A stretch of DNA of 63,984 nucleotides, counting the filler, from Rhabdomonas costata (taxonomy: Eukaryota): the NCBI GenBank assembly GCA_019059605.1. It is 37 parts of 37 records of this genome, joined end to end, with 100 filler letters (N's around TTAATTAATTAA, not from the genome) between each part and the next. Parts side by side here need not be neighbours in the genome. Positions count along the whole stretch, not along the records: positions 1 to 1,633 come from JAHMHO010011630.1; positions 1,734 to 3,365 come from JAHMHO010011631.1; positions 3,466 to 5,112 come from JAHMHO010011632.1; positions 5,213 to 6,845 come from JAHMHO010011633.1; positions 6,946 to 8,577 come from JAHMHO010011634.1; positions 8,678 to 10,309 come from JAHMHO010011635.1; positions 10,410 to 12,041 come from JAHMHO010011636.1; positions 12,142 to 13,773 come from JAHMHO010011637.1; 29 more parts are not named here. One strand, 5' to 3'. Positions 1 to 13,000 of the stretch are shown here, in pieces. Positions within the stretch are counted from its first letter, which is position 1. Every line of letters begins with the position of its first letter. A program made the translations under genes and the position numbers. The notes beneath the pieces are model-generated. The model was given only the letters and a program-made list of their open reading frames with translations. It was not told where the DNA came from and did no database searches.

Positions 1-687
1 CCCTATGCGTTTGTCGCCTTTGTTGCTTTCTTTTCGACCGCGTGTACAGGCCTGTGTGATGCGAAGTGAAAGGCGAAAGATCTCATGGGGTGGGGTTTTT
101 AGTGAGTGGACAACGAATAAGGAATCACCTTACCGAATACGGCACGAAGGGTTCAGGATGCAGGAAAGCACCACCTTTTAACTTTCTACCATGCAAACGG
201 TCATCTAACAGCTCACCTATGGAAAATCTACTGAATGGGAACTTGCCAATTTGTTAGCTGTTTTCCTAAGAGTGGCACTTCTGAAGGGTGAGTTGGCAGC
301 AGAAGAACATTGTGATGACCCTGGGAGGGAGCCTCGAGGCCCGCATGGATTCGGACAATTTTTGCAGCCGTGTCATTCTCATGTTGATGCTGCGAGCCCA
401 TGAAAGAGGATGTGCCAGTGGCGCCCATTGTGGCTGCGGACTATTTCTGAGCAGAAGCGTCTGAAACAAGTCGGCGCAGAGATGAGCGGAAGCCGCTGGA
501 ACTGATCTGGAAGCCGACACGGCGACATAAAAGTTGCATTTTTTGTCCGGTTATTTCTCACTTTTCCATTGGAAAGGAAAGGCCCAATGAGGTGCGATTC
601 CACGCTTAATGTGCTGTTTACAATTCATTTCCATTTCCTGGCAGTTTTTTCTTTTTGTGTCTCAAACCATCTCCAACTCCTTCTTAG

Positions 688-849
688 TGCAAGTTCTCCG
701 AAAGAAAAGAAGAAGCGTGCTTCATACACACAATGGAGAAGACAGCCCCATCGGTGGAGAAGCTGGAGTCTGCCGTTGTGATGATCCGGGATTTCCTGGC
801 CGTGCCCAGCCTGGCCCTCTCCGTACACGACTGGGATCGCCTCCAGGGG
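688..849 (+). CDS. Probable internal exon of an unknown protein (CKFSERKEE...MEKTAPSVEKLESAVVMIRDFLAVPSLALSVHDWDRLQG)
   Basis: Pyrimidine tract plus TAG acceptor, 162-nt open frame, GTTTGT donor. No recognised homology. Confidence 0.4.
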
Positions 850-1193
850 GTTTGTGCAGTTTAGTGCTATTCCCGATTGGGAAGCTTGTCCTTTGTGTAA
901 AGTGTGGCCCATTACTTGCTACGCTTTACTTGGCAGACAATATGGGAGGTGTTTTGTCGCAAAATAAAATAAAAGCAGTCTTTGTTTATATCGCTTTCTT
1001 GGCCGCCCTATGTTTCTGTGATTAGTGTTTTTTGCTCACTGCTGCTGAACACCTGGCATTCCTGTCAAGTTTAGGATCTTCTTGATTGGGCTGAAAAATT
1101 GAGTGCTACGGTAAAAGAGGCAAAGCCAAAGAGCCTCGAGAGTCCTTCCACCCCTTGACGGTGCTCTGCAGGCGGCTCTTTTAATCGCCCCCG

Positions 1194-1221
<28 letters not shown>
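1194..1221. repeat. (CT)14 microsatellite
   Basis: Read directly from the sequence. Confidence 0.95.
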
Positions 1222-1225
<4 letters not shown>

Positions 1226-1633
1226 TCGCTGTTTCCTCTCGCAGCATGAGTGTTTACATAACACCCACATCACGCTAGAGAGACGCAGAGCAAGAGCCAC
1301 AGCCACAAGATACAAGCAAAGGAAATGAAGCGAGTACGCTTTGAGTTTAGGTCAGGATTGCTGATAGGGCCCGCTTCATCTCAAAAGCAAAAGATAGGGG
1401 TAGAAACACAAAGAACAGGCCAGAAAAATAGAAAAACACCTCCAGGTAAAACCCAGCTTCTTCAGCACCCTCCGATTTAGAGGGCACATTTTCTCGCTAT
1501 GACTTTTTGCATTGACACAGACAATAGCACCACCGTAATCAGCTTCCATACACCTTCTCAGTGAGAGTTTGCACCAGAAACGTTGTCGCAGGAACGGCAA
1601 CATATCCAGAAATCCGCACACTAACACACAAAC

Positions 1634-1733
1634 NNNNNNNNNNNNNNNNNNNNNNNNNNNNNNNNNNNNNNNNNNNNTTAATTAATTAANNNNNNNNNNN
1701 NNNNNNNNNNNNNNNNNNNNNNNNNNNNNNNNN
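1634..1733. other. Artificial contig linker N44-TTAATTAATTAA-N44 (first of 36; last at 62254-62353)
   Basis: An identical 100-nt spacer recurs about every 1.73 kb. The 12-mer puts stop codons in all six frames. Confidence 0.99.
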
Positions 1734-2626
1734 GTGTTGGGTCCATGGCTGTGTGTTTATCCCCCTACAACACGTGAGTACTCTTGATTCCACTTCCACT
1801 CGGGGAATGGCATGTTTTAGTATGAAAACAGCAGACAAGGATTCCACGGGTGGAGCATTGTTCCTCCTCCCCTGGGCCGTCCGAAATCATTTGTGATGGT
1901 GTCACGGAATCAACCACGTGCTTGAGTATTTGAAAAACCCGCCACCTCCAAAAGAGCAGTCAATCCCCGGGAGCATCTCCCCCATTACCACAAAGTCCCA
2001 GTCGAGCGAATAGTACAGCAACCCCTGCAGGCACCGTGAAGAAACACGTGAAACGGGCTATTTCCTACCATGGGACAAAACCCACAACACGGAACGGCCC
2101 GGTGGGATAGGGGGAAGTGCAGCGGCTTATCAAGAATCTGCTGTGATGAGCAGAGAGGTGCGAGTATCGCCAAGGCGTCCCCTTCCCAACAACGGCATTC
2201 CCAGTCCCATAGTCCACCTTTCTCCTCTCCCGAACTCTAACTGTGCACCTCTGTGAATCCAACGCAGTAGGAATGCCTAAAAGACATCCTCACAGTCCTC
2301 ACAGTCCCAAAGCAAAAGAATATCAGGACACGAGGAGGGGAGCCGAGGCAAAGACTCTCCTCCATCCCTCTAAAAGCAAAACAGGGGCGCCAGCCAACGC
2401 GGAGAAGGGCACAGGGTATGGCGAGAGGCAGAGGCGCCCCCACTTCTCAACTGTACAGACAAGAGTAAGAGCACAAAAAACTGCGCTCTTGAACCCACTC
2501 GCCCGCAGAAAAATTAAAACAATCCCCCACACACACGTTGACACCCCAAGCTCAACGACAACGCAGGCAAGAGCTGGTGCTGCCTGCCAGCAAAAAGGGA
2601 AGTGGACAAAGACAGATGGCAGGGCT

Positions 2627-2849
2627 TCAGGCCTTTGGAGTGGCAGCGGAGGGTGTGGTGGCCACGGGCTCTGTGGCGGCAGCGGGGGACAGCTTTGGTG
2701 TGGAGGCCGTCGCAGTGGAGGCAGGGAGGGTTGGCGTCGACGCAGCCGCTGTCGCCGAAGTGGCAGGCGGGCCGCTCTGCTTCACCAGGGTACTGGTGCG
2801 AAGGTCGAACCGCAGGCTCTCCGTCTTCGGACGAGGCGCGGGTGCCCAC
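2627..2849 (-). CDS. Probable terminal exon with an Ala/Thr/Pro-rich tail
   Basis: CTGACAG acceptor, GC-rich open frame WAPAPRPKTESLRFDLR...AATPKA-stop. Confidence 0.45.
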
Positions 2850-4092
2850 CTGTCAGGATGCAACCCCAGCACATGACGCAAGCGTGGAAGTTGTCACGCC
2901 GCAAACAGCCTGAGTGTGAGCGCCTGATGAATACCGCTAGGAGGGAACCAGAACACGGGACATGGAATGACTTTCTGCCCGCAGCCCGTAACCATTGGGT
3001 ATGATTTAGCCTTACGAAGGCATTTCCAGTGCCCCCCAGATGACTGCTCTCCTTAACAGCTGAAAACTAATGCTGGCTGAGGACTAGCCAATGGCTGGAA
3101 TATGGCCGGACGAGTGGGACAACATTATTTTAGATTAGCAATAGTTTCAGCTGCAGCACGGCCTGGGAGGGGACGCGACCTGGAGTTGATAGCGACTTTC
3201 TGTGCTGCCAACGAAAACTTTGTTACCACTGGTAACGGTTACCTACCATTTCCACACACACACACACATCCCACCAACGTCCATTGCACCTCGCAATTAC
3301 CTTTTCTCAGCGCGCGGTGGCAATTGCGGATGTGGAGGTCGTTCCCTGCCTGGGGCCAAACCACTNNNNNNNNNNNNNNNNNNNNNNNNNNNNNNNNNNN
3401 NNNNNNNNNTTAATTAATTAANNNNNNNNNNNNNNNNNNNNNNNNNNNNNNNNNNNNNNNNNNNNGCTTGTGTGGTCTACTGTTTATGTAGATTTTTTTC
3501 GTGGCTGAGGCTTGCGGAGTGCGCCGTCCCGATGGGGCACTCCGGGCATGCCTTGTTCACAGTTACAAGCACGGTAAAAAATATAGGTTAGATAGAAATA
3601 TAGGTTATTAATACGATTTTGCAACACGGTAAATTTCAGAGATGGTATGGTTTGCGTTTCCAAATGAAGTCTCAGCATGCCAACGGGCTTCTACCAGCGC
3701 ACAGCGTTTTTTGATTCGCTCTGGCGTGGTTAGGGCTGGTCCACGCTGATGGTTTCCTTCTCTTTTTCAGTCTGAAGCAACTGGGGGGCCGCGGACTGTG
3801 GAAGAACTGAGCAAGGTACTTCCAAATTATTCTGCAACTTTTGTGCCTGACAAGTTGCCTTGGGTTTTGTTTTCTCGTCACATTGCGGTGGACACTTTCA
3901 CTTGACGAACTTTTGAAATCTCGCAATTTGCGTGCCTTTTTCCCAAAAGAAAAGTGGGAAAGCCGGAAGAACGATTATACATCAGAACCCAGCATGTCTC
4001 CCAGAACCCAGCATGTTTGTTTTTGTTTTTCGAATCCGGTTTATTAGCCGCTTGCAAATTATGCCGCCTGGTCGATTGGGAGGGGGCTAAAA

Positions 4093-4502
4093 GGGTATGG
4101 CGCCGTCATACGGTACAACGGCGGTATGCGGTTATGGGTCGGTATACGGAAGCGATTTTTCACTCTGTTGTCTTTCACGTTGTTCCGTATTGGTGGTTGG
4201 AACTTATTCCTTCCTTGCTGGACCTCAGCCAGCGAAAAGGAAAATATCAGTAAGGGGGGCGGAGGCCAGCTCGCGGCGCGGCTGGAGCGGCCGCTGAGGC
4301 GGAGGTGTTGCCTGGGGGGTTAATTTTAATACTAATACTACGTGGCGACACACGCCAAACCAGAGTATGTGCAATAGTGTCTAGATGTCTAGATGGGCCT
4401 GGCCCCCGTGTATTGGTTTCGTCCTTCGTCGATACCGCCGTTATACCATATAACGGTGTTCTACCGTATGACGGTGTTATACCGCTTTATTACCGTTTCC
4501 CG
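4093..4502. mobile_element. MITE/fold-back-like non-autonomous element, copy 1
   Basis: Nested inverted repeats: CCGTCATACGGTA (4103-4115) with TACCGTATGACGG (4462-4474), and AACGGCGGTAT (4117-4127) with ATACCGCCGTT (4432-4442). The interior is collinear with 51990-52325 on another contig. Confidence 0.7.
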
Positions 4503-4980
4503 AATACAAAGGACCCCAACTTATTTACTCGAAAGTTGCTGTTTCGGAGTTTTTCAGTGGACACATTTTGGATTGATCAGCCCACTAACTTTTACGAGCT
4601 CGCGAAGAGCCGAGATGATATACGCTGTGATATGTGGTGCTATCTCTTTTCGAAAGACAGCTTCCCTTTACTCTTCATGTTTTCATGTTGAGTCCGGCGC
4701 TGCCTCTGCTGACCACCCCTACTTCTTTTCTTGTTTGGTTTCTGCTCAGTGAAGAACATTTTGGGTGCAGTCGGATTTGCAGAGCCGCGCGTACTTGTGA
4801 CGAGCTACAGTGGAAAAAGTAAGTTTCGCAGAAACTTGTCACATGAATCTTTGGACCATTTTTCGGGAGGGATTTGCAACCAAGTGTTACCAAGCGGAAT
4901 TCGGGTTGTGTGAGAGACGACGTTTGTCCTTTTTTGTTGTGATTTTCCGTGGTCTTTTCCCCGCGGAAAAGACTAGAACA

Positions 4981-4982
<2 letters not shown>

Positions 4983-5020
<38 letters not shown>
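4983..5020. repeat. (GT)19 microsatellite
   Basis: Read directly from the sequence. Confidence 0.95.
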
Positions 5021-5025
<5 letters not shown>

Positions 5026-5523
5026 GTGTTATTTCTTGCTCCTTGCTCTGGCACTGTGCAAAAACACAACAAAAGCCTTCACCAGGGAAGAAAAAACCGG
5101 CACGAAACTGCANNNNNNNNNNNNNNNNNNNNNNNNNNNNNNNNNNNNNNNNNNNNTTAATTAATTAANNNNNNNNNNNNNNNNNNNNNNNNNNNNNNNN
5201 NNNNNNNNNNNNAAGAGGTAGCCGTTGCGGCGTTAAGTTCATCTTTCCTTGGAGGGCTTTGAGTCTTGGAGGTTGAAGACGGTGCCAAGGGGAGCCATGT
5301 ATGAATTTGACTTTCGACACTTTCGACCAATTGTCCCACTCCGTTAACAAAACAATAACCCCGAAAGTGTAAAGGCGTGTTTTCGGCTCGCTCATGTGTG
5401 CCCCGCTGCATATGGAGGTGTGCGTCTGTGTGGGTACTGGGATAGACAGGCACAGACGAAAGCTCTTTTGATGGAAACGCAAATCGGGCACAGCCCGAAG
5501 CAGAGCAAAAAAAGAATAAAGTC

Positions 5524-5750
5524 TTAAGTAACGTCTAACTGGCAAAAAATGCAGCGGTTACAGGATCTCCCAGTTCTCTGAACACCGATCCCGTTGTCGC
5601 TCAGATCCAACAAGGTCAGATTACGGAAGAAGGCAGAGACTGCAAATGCATGCACTCCCCCTGCCCCGATAAGAGTGCCACGGAGATTCAAGGAGGTAAG
5701 CTTGGGGAAGAAAAATGAAATCCGATTGCCGCTCACATCCAGAGAGATCC
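5524..5750 (-). pseudogene. Leucine-rich repeat (RI-like) coding fragment, possibly degraded
   Basis: SLDVSGNRI...LTSLNLRGTLIGAGG...LTLLDLSDNGIG fits the LxxLxLxxNxI pattern. A further repeat-like stretch (AAFFAS*TLL) follows in a shifted frame with a stop. Confidence 0.55.
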
Positions 5751-6177
5751 CATGGCTCCCATCTTGTTTTATTATCACATCTCCGTTTCTGTCCAGGATG
5801 CTGTTGGCCTTGCTGTGTTCGTCTGTTAGTCAAGTTCCCCTGGGATTCCAAAATAGTTGCAGGTTTCGAAAATAAGAGGGCGGTGTGCGTGCCTGTGCTG
5901 TCGATACAAGCCCGATTTGTTAGGAGTCCCAAATTTCCACCCTTCCGTGTTGGCTGCTCAGTAGGGTTCAATAGCGGGTAGCGGGGCTGGGGGTGGGGAC
6001 ACACTAAATAAGGCAGGCAGTTACTTCGTGCTTCTGGCTCTTCCCTCACAAAGGCAAGAGACAACCTTCAGCAAACAAAAGCACCATGTCATCGCCCGCC
6101 TGTGCACAAACCACGCGGTCCCATTCACTGCTCCCACCCCAAATCCAAGCTGGCAGATAGGTCCCATCTACAGTCCC

Positions 6178-6494
6178 TCACTCGCTCGCCGCGGCTCCAG
6201 CGGCAGGGCTGCCAGAGCTCCACCGCACGTAGAGCTCCGTCAGGCGCAGCACCAAGGCCTCCAGCTGCTCCGCAGGCATGTACTGACACAGGCTGGACGC
6301 GCTGTCCTCCGAGGAGCCTTGGGGCGAGCTGGGCTGCGGCCTGGGCTCGGCCAGGCAGGCCAGAAGCGGCACCACCAGCTCGGGATGGTCGGACTTCTCC
6401 GCGATTTGAGCCATGCTGTGGACCAGCAGCGGCAGGCACTTCGCTCGCAGGCTGCTGAGCTCCAACCTCCGCTGGTCCGCCACGTCGGGCTTAG
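6178..6494 (-). CDS. Terminal exon resembling the C-terminus of nucleoporin Nup107/Nup84
   Basis: TTTTAG acceptor. RRLELSSLRAKCLPLL...LCQYMPAEQLEALVLRLTE resembles, from memory, the Nup107 C-terminal LRKLCLP...LYLVFSKEELRKLLQKLRE pattern. Not verified by search. Confidence 0.5.
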
Positions 6495-6952
6495 CTAAAA
6501 CCCACCCACCCACACACACATACGAACACCACAGTGCAGAAAACACTGCGCTGTCAGCATTCAGTGTGTGCTTCGAAAGAGAAATGTGGCAACGAATTAA
6601 GATATAAGGATAAAAGCTAAGAAAGAAAGGTGCAATAATCACCGCAAGAGAAAAGACACCAGCGAACTGCAAATGCGCTTGCCGCCAGCATAGAGATTCC
6701 TTGAGGTTAGTCCCTGAAACAGCAGCCCCACTTGCTACCGCATCGCTGCCATTTCTTCACCCGTCTCCCCATTCACGGGCATTCACTCACAATAGACGCA
6801 AAACCCCCTCGACTTCGGCCCGCACGCTCTTCATGAAACACACACNNNNNNNNNNNNNNNNNNNNNNNNNNNNNNNNNNNNNNNNNNNNTTAATTAATTA
6901 ANNNNNNNNNNNNNNNNNNNNNNNNNNNNNNNNNNNNNNNNNNNNTTTGTGT

Positions 6953-7072
6953 TTGCGTGTGCGCTGTAAGGGTTTTTGTGCAGAGGTCGATGATTCCCCA
7001 GCCATGAAACATACTTGGAACCAGTCGGGAATCATCGACCTCTGCACAAAAACCCTTACAGCGCACACGCAA
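6953..7072. repeat. Perfect 46-bp inverted repeat at a contig start
   Basis: 6953-6998 is the reverse complement of 7027-7072, with a 28-nt loop. Confidence 0.95.
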
Positions 7073-10000
7073 GCTCGGACTAACTCACTAAGTCGAACGA
7101 ATTTCACCCCCGCCGCGGCCGGAGCCACCCCATCCCGAGCTTTGAACCCATAAATCCTCTCGCCTTTGTTCCTGTTCTCCAATGGTATTGAGGAATAATC
7201 ATTGAATAGAGTACGCGAAACGTGCATTTTTTTTGCACAGTGCAAAGGGCAAGATTTAACAGCTGTCTCAATAAAATCCTATCCAAAACCACAGCGAACT
7301 TCTTTCCGGATGTTGAGAAAAAGAAACCCCGGCAGAAACTGGAGCTCCAATAAACAATGAAAAAAGGAATCCAGGCGCGATACAAGACGAGTGCAAGACG
7401 AGTCTTGTTTAGTGCGCTGCAAGGGATCCTCTTCCAACAGCAACCACGCAATCTTGTCTTCAATCTCCGAGGAACACCGACAAAGCTTCACCCTTGGCAG
7501 GTCACCTGAGCACCCACCGTATAGTACTCAAAGTACCAAATAGTACAATAACTGCTTTTTAGCTCCCACAAAATAACGGAGAGCATAGCAACGCACGCAT
7601 GCATACATGCATCTTCGCACACACCCAGACTTACAATTTTGTGCGGAAATGCCTGGCGTTGGTTTTTTGCGCTGGCAGTTGATCAATCCAGAATGATTTG
7701 TGGAAAGACTGGAAACACATCCCTGGCATTCGTGAAAGTCAACCTCTGGCCAAGAATGTCTTGTCCACGTACTCAACCGATCTCACCTTTTGGTAGGTAT
7801 TAAACTTTCCCATTCACATCAACAAGAGGACGTACCCCGTGCGAGGGTTGAGTGCGTTTTTAAAGCCTTAAAGTTAAAGTCACCAAAGATACGAGGACGA
7901 TTCACCTGTAAAGTACCATAGATGACCCAGTGCCTTCTCCTTCATTTTTTAAGCCAACACCACAGCCCCGACAAAAATGGGGGAACGAACACTGGCAACA
8001 ATGTCAACAAAAACCACCCATATGTGTAAGAAAATCAAATTACTGTCCAAACCCGTTAATGAAAAACTCACGGAAACAAAAAACACTGGTTCTGAGTAGG
8101 GGTTTGGATGCAAAGAATGTCAAAAATGGACATGGAAAATATGAAGGAGAACGGCAACCTTGCGCTTTTCTTCGGATGAGACGACAATTTTGGCGCTGAC
8201 CGCTTCTTCACCTTCTTGAACCGTCGGCTTCCGTTGCCAGGCTGGGGCGGCTCCTCGGAGTCCTGCTTGTCCCCGTTGCTATCGCTTACACTCTCTGTTT
8301 CCCGCTCCTCTATAATGCTGCCAGCCACCTCAGCCGAAACCAACGATTCACCCAGAAAAGCGCTTTCACTCCGAATGTCCCTGTCCCCTAAACCATTGAT
8401 ACCAATTAGATTTTCCCAGAGGGATCCACCAGCTGCAGTTTTACAGAAAAGGAGCACCAAAGCAAATTTCGGATCACTCCTCCAACCCCATCAGCTGCAC
8501 AAACCACAATCTGAGTTTTGGGACCACTGATGTCGGGTGATCATCCTAGCGTGAGCAAAGCACTTTCAAATAATTTTNNNNNNNNNNNNNNNNNNNNNNN
8601 NNNNNNNNNNNNNNNNNNNNNTTAATTAATTAANNNNNNNNNNNNNNNNNNNNNNNNNNNNNNNNNNNNNNNNNNNNTTTCAAACGAATGCACTACAAGT
8701 TTCAGCATAGTACGTCAGTGCGGAGCTAGGTTATTTTTCCAGAAGCATTTCATCTGACTTCACTGATTGGGCAGCATTTTTTGGACTGCTAAAGCCACGC
8801 TTGTGCCCACAGACATGGTACTACAATGTTGTGTGGCGTTTGGAGCAGCTAAAAGTGGTAGACGGAAATTTCCAGTTTTTCTAACAATTCATTGCAGGTG
8901 TAAATCTGTTGAATGCGAACAAGTTCGGCGCCGATGCCATTAGGTTATATCTATAGGGTCCTTGGAAGTTATATACAGGCCAATGTAATGGCAAAGCGTT
9001 CTAAGACTTTGAAGAAGGCAATTGAGAAGTCCTTGGAGTGTTTAAGGAAGCCCAGACCCACGCCACATGTTGTTGTGGCAGTGCCAGATTCATCTGTGGC
9101 AAGCTTAGTGACCACAGTAGCTACACCGATGGTTTTGGACACAATACGTTATGGGTATACCTCTTTTTCGTGGAGCACAGCATTCTTGACATCAGGTGAC
9201 AAAGTGCAAGCAATGCATGTGGGTGGAACTACATTTCGAGATTCATCAATATTTTTGACGTGGAACCATAATTCTGTACTGTTTGCTTTGTCGTAGGCAC
9301 CTGTGTTGGCGCTAAGGTCCCCTCAAGCAGTGTGATGTTCACGGACGCATCCAGGAGTCGAGAGTCTTTGCCCGAGCGGCATCAGTTTGTGGAAAGTGTG
9401 CTGCAGCGGGATAAAGCGCAGTTTGAGATATTAGGCATGGAAGCTGCGAATCAGCAGGAACAACTTTTAGTAGTGTGCTTCTGTTGTGGAAACACAGTGC
9501 ACTTCTACATGGACTGTGAGTTGGAAAAGGCGGAGCTTTACGAGCAAGTGCCAGTTATTCCGAGTGTTTCGTTGTTTGAATCTCGAGTGTGGAACACAAA
9601 ATAAAGAGAATTGAAGGCCTGTCATCTCCAGCCCACGCAATTGCTCCCACTGGAATACAGATCAGCTCTTAAAACCAGTGAAGTCCACAGAAAGATCAGC
9701 ATGGAAGCGCAGTGGAAGAGTGGATGTCAGGTTTTCAAATTAGGCAACTGATCAATCCCACACAAGCAATTGATTAGAGCCAGTTGATTGCCCAGAAGCG
9801 AGAAGTGACTCAAATCAGACTGTTTGTAAATGAGTTCGGTAAAAGACAATCTGCAAGTGAGATGAGCCTTGTGCTTACATAAAGAGCGTTGGAACATCAA
9901 GGTTCGCTCAGGAAGTGAGCAGGAGGATGATAATCAGCGTCAGAGAGCTGTAGAGCCAAAGGAGAAGTTGAGCCTTGGTGGAGAGCGACAGTGAGGCAAG

Positions 10001-13000
10001 CTGAAATGAAAGCTCTGATCTCAGCCGCTCAGTAGTTGCTTGACTGTCTTCCAGTTGGATAAAGCAGGTTTAATGATGTCCAAAGAGGTTTAATGAGTGA
10101 AATGTCAGTGGAGACGCCGTTTTTTGAGCCAGTGAAGAATTTTCATGTTACAAGAGCCTTCTTCGAGGCTACGACAAAGTTGGAGTGATCGTTGTGCAAT
10201 GACAACGTCCACGCAGTCTCAGTTATCGAAAGTGGTCAGAGAAGGGGACTTCACGGAAACTGAATTACGTGCACTGAAGGAGGGAGGTAGTCGCTGTCGA
10301 AGTGCCCAANNNNNNNNNNNNNNNNNNNNNNNNNNNNNNNNNNNNNNNNNNNNTTAATTAATTAANNNNNNNNNNNNNNNNNNNNNNNNNNNNNNNNNNN
10401 NNNNNNNNNGGGGTGTGTGGGACTCCCGTGGGCCTCAATGCTGCCCCGGCCGTGATCGATCCCGCTCTCCAGGACTCCCAGTGAGATCCGCGGGGTGGCT
10501 CCCCCAGAGAGGGGCAAGGCCACGGGGGTGGCATTCGAGGGCCGTCCGAAAGCGGGCTCGCTTTGGGCTCCAAGAGGCTCCGCCTTGTGGCTTCGCCGGG
10601 TTGCACAGGCCCAGCAGCTCAGCCTCCAGGCGGCCTCGGCAACGGCACAGAGAGCGATGACAAGAGGAGCAGCGAGCATGGCTAGACTCCAAGAGCAAGC
10701 CACACAGGGGGGTATTAAATAGGTCAATGAAAGGGGCGAAAGAAAATGAGAGGGTGGTGGTGAGGGTGGGATATGCCCTCGTCGCCAAGGCAACACACGG
10801 AGAGCTGTTCAAATATCAGCACGTTGAACCACGTGTAAAGGGAGGAATCACACTCCAAAGGAAAAATGCAACGCACTCAAGGCAAAGAGACCCGTGAGAT
10901 GACTCCAAAACCGAACGCTGGGCTGCCTCCGTTGGAACGGCGTGGCCTGAAGCAAGTGGAGCAGGCTGCGGACCTGGGGCATTTCTTATGGAAAGACAAG
11001 CAAATCTTGCTGTTTTGAGGCTTAGCTTGCAAAAAAACAACTGTTCACAGTTGCCTATCGGAACGATCCGAACCTGTGTAGGAAAGTACAGTTAAGGTTT
11101 CGGCCCTTCAGCGCAATTCTGGGAAATTCTCTCATACATAACGCATACAGTTACCTAAGACAGCCACAATTCGAAATGGGCTGTGCTCATTACCGATATC
11201 TGCTGACCATTTGGCGGCTTATATGGAGGGTTGAATGGATACAAAAATGGATACAAAGCTCAGTGAAGCAGACCTATACACACAGACAGATGCCAAGTCA
11301 TTGCTGCTTCGATCCCGCAGTCTTCACCACCGTAACTCGTGACATCACCGGACGGCACTCAGACCTGAACAATCCTGACTCCTGACTCTGTGCACACCTA
11401 CCTTTGCCGTTGCGGAGTTTCAGGGCCGGAGACGCGCTTTCATATTTTGTTTCGCACCCTCTCCATCCCATGTGGATCAGCGGATGGAAAATTCCTGGAC
11501 ATCTTACGCGGACCATCTAACAGGTCTTTCCCGGACACCTCGCACCGCTGTACCGTTGTGCGAGCTCCGCTCTCTGCAGAACGCAATCTCACCGCTCTCT
11601 CGTTCATGGTGGAGAAGCTTGGGTTATGCAGCACCCTCCAGTCTCATCACCACAGAAGATGATGCATGGCAAACGCTGAAAACACACTTCTCATCGCCTC
11701 ACATAAATTATGGCACTATTTTAATGAGCCTTAGTTGCTATCGACAATGCCTCAGGGAGTTTCTTTCCTTGGGTCACAACAAGGAGACCAAAAACCAAAC
11801 ACAACAAAGAAGTGCATAGTGTCCATAAGCAATTGAAGATGCGAGAGAGACACAAGTGAGGTACTCTCACAGCAACCACGGGTGCAGACAACGGGATTGA
11901 ACCCCCCCTCCCCGACTCAAGCCTTCCATTTCCCAACCCTGCCTCATCCTTCTAATGCCGACTCAGTGTACGCAACAACTGCAACGACACACATACATGC
12001 ACACACACACACACACACACTACAGGTAAGGAAAACACCCCNNNNNNNNNNNNNNNNNNNNNNNNNNNNNNNNNNNNNNNNNNNNTTAATTAATTAANNN
12101 NNNNNNNNNNNNNNNNNNNNNNNNNNNNNNNNNNNNNNNNNGGTTGTGTTTGAGGGGGGGTTGCGCGTTTGTGTAGTTTTCCGGAACTATTTTTTTTTGC
12201 TATTTCTTTCCCTTCCCCTCAATGATACCGAACCAAACATATAGAAAATTAGCAAACCTTAATACAGGGTGTCCCATGAATTTCCTTCCAATGTTAATCG
12301 ATGTAGAGAACTACACGGTGTGTATTGGCGGTTGGTAGGGCATATGGTGGTTGGCTGTAGTGCTACGAATGCCATTTTGATGGGCGCAGGACTAGCCTCC
12401 CATGCATGCGGTGCACTTGCGGTGCAACGGAAATACTGTAACGAACGCCGTGCACGAGTTGGCAAAGTGCTGGCAACACTTACGCATTTAGTGTCATTTG
12501 GTGTCATCTTCTCCGGAGTACTTGCTCCAGATGGCGTCCTCGGGTACACATTCTGTTGATGGCGGCACAAACGGTGGAGGTCGGATGCTCGGTACGGCGG
12601 AGGAGACCCTGCCTCACAGTTTCCGCAGAGAGCGCGGTGATGTGCAGTTCACGCGGCCTTTAAGGTGTCCCAAAGGAACAAATCAGCTGGGGAGAGGTCG
12701 GGTGACCCAGTGGCCACGGAACCCCACCCCCCTTCGAAAGGACATTATTTGGGCAGCTTTTCAAGCCAGGCCAGCTCCTCACGGGAAGTGTGAGGTGGGG
12801 CCCCGTCTTGCTGAAAGCAGAGCTGGCGCCGTGGGATATATAGCTATGCCCAGGAACTGATTTCGTTTGTTCCAGCCTACATCGAAAAGAGATCAACGCA
12901 CACAACCCAGGGTTCTGCCATCAGGCAAGAAATGTGATCTTTCAAATTTGTGGTGTCTGGCACGCTGCTGTTGTTCCTTTTGTTGTTGGTTTGATACCAA

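Noticed and set aside
1440..1510. LKKLGFTW as a helicase-associated (HA) domain motif
   Set aside because: Too short, with no supporting upstream WxxxQR motif.
2243..3004. 253-aa + strand ORF and similar long ORFs (21605-22429, 29605-30411, 58111-58770)
   Set aside because: They are antisense or off-frame shadows of GC-rich exons plus intron sequence.
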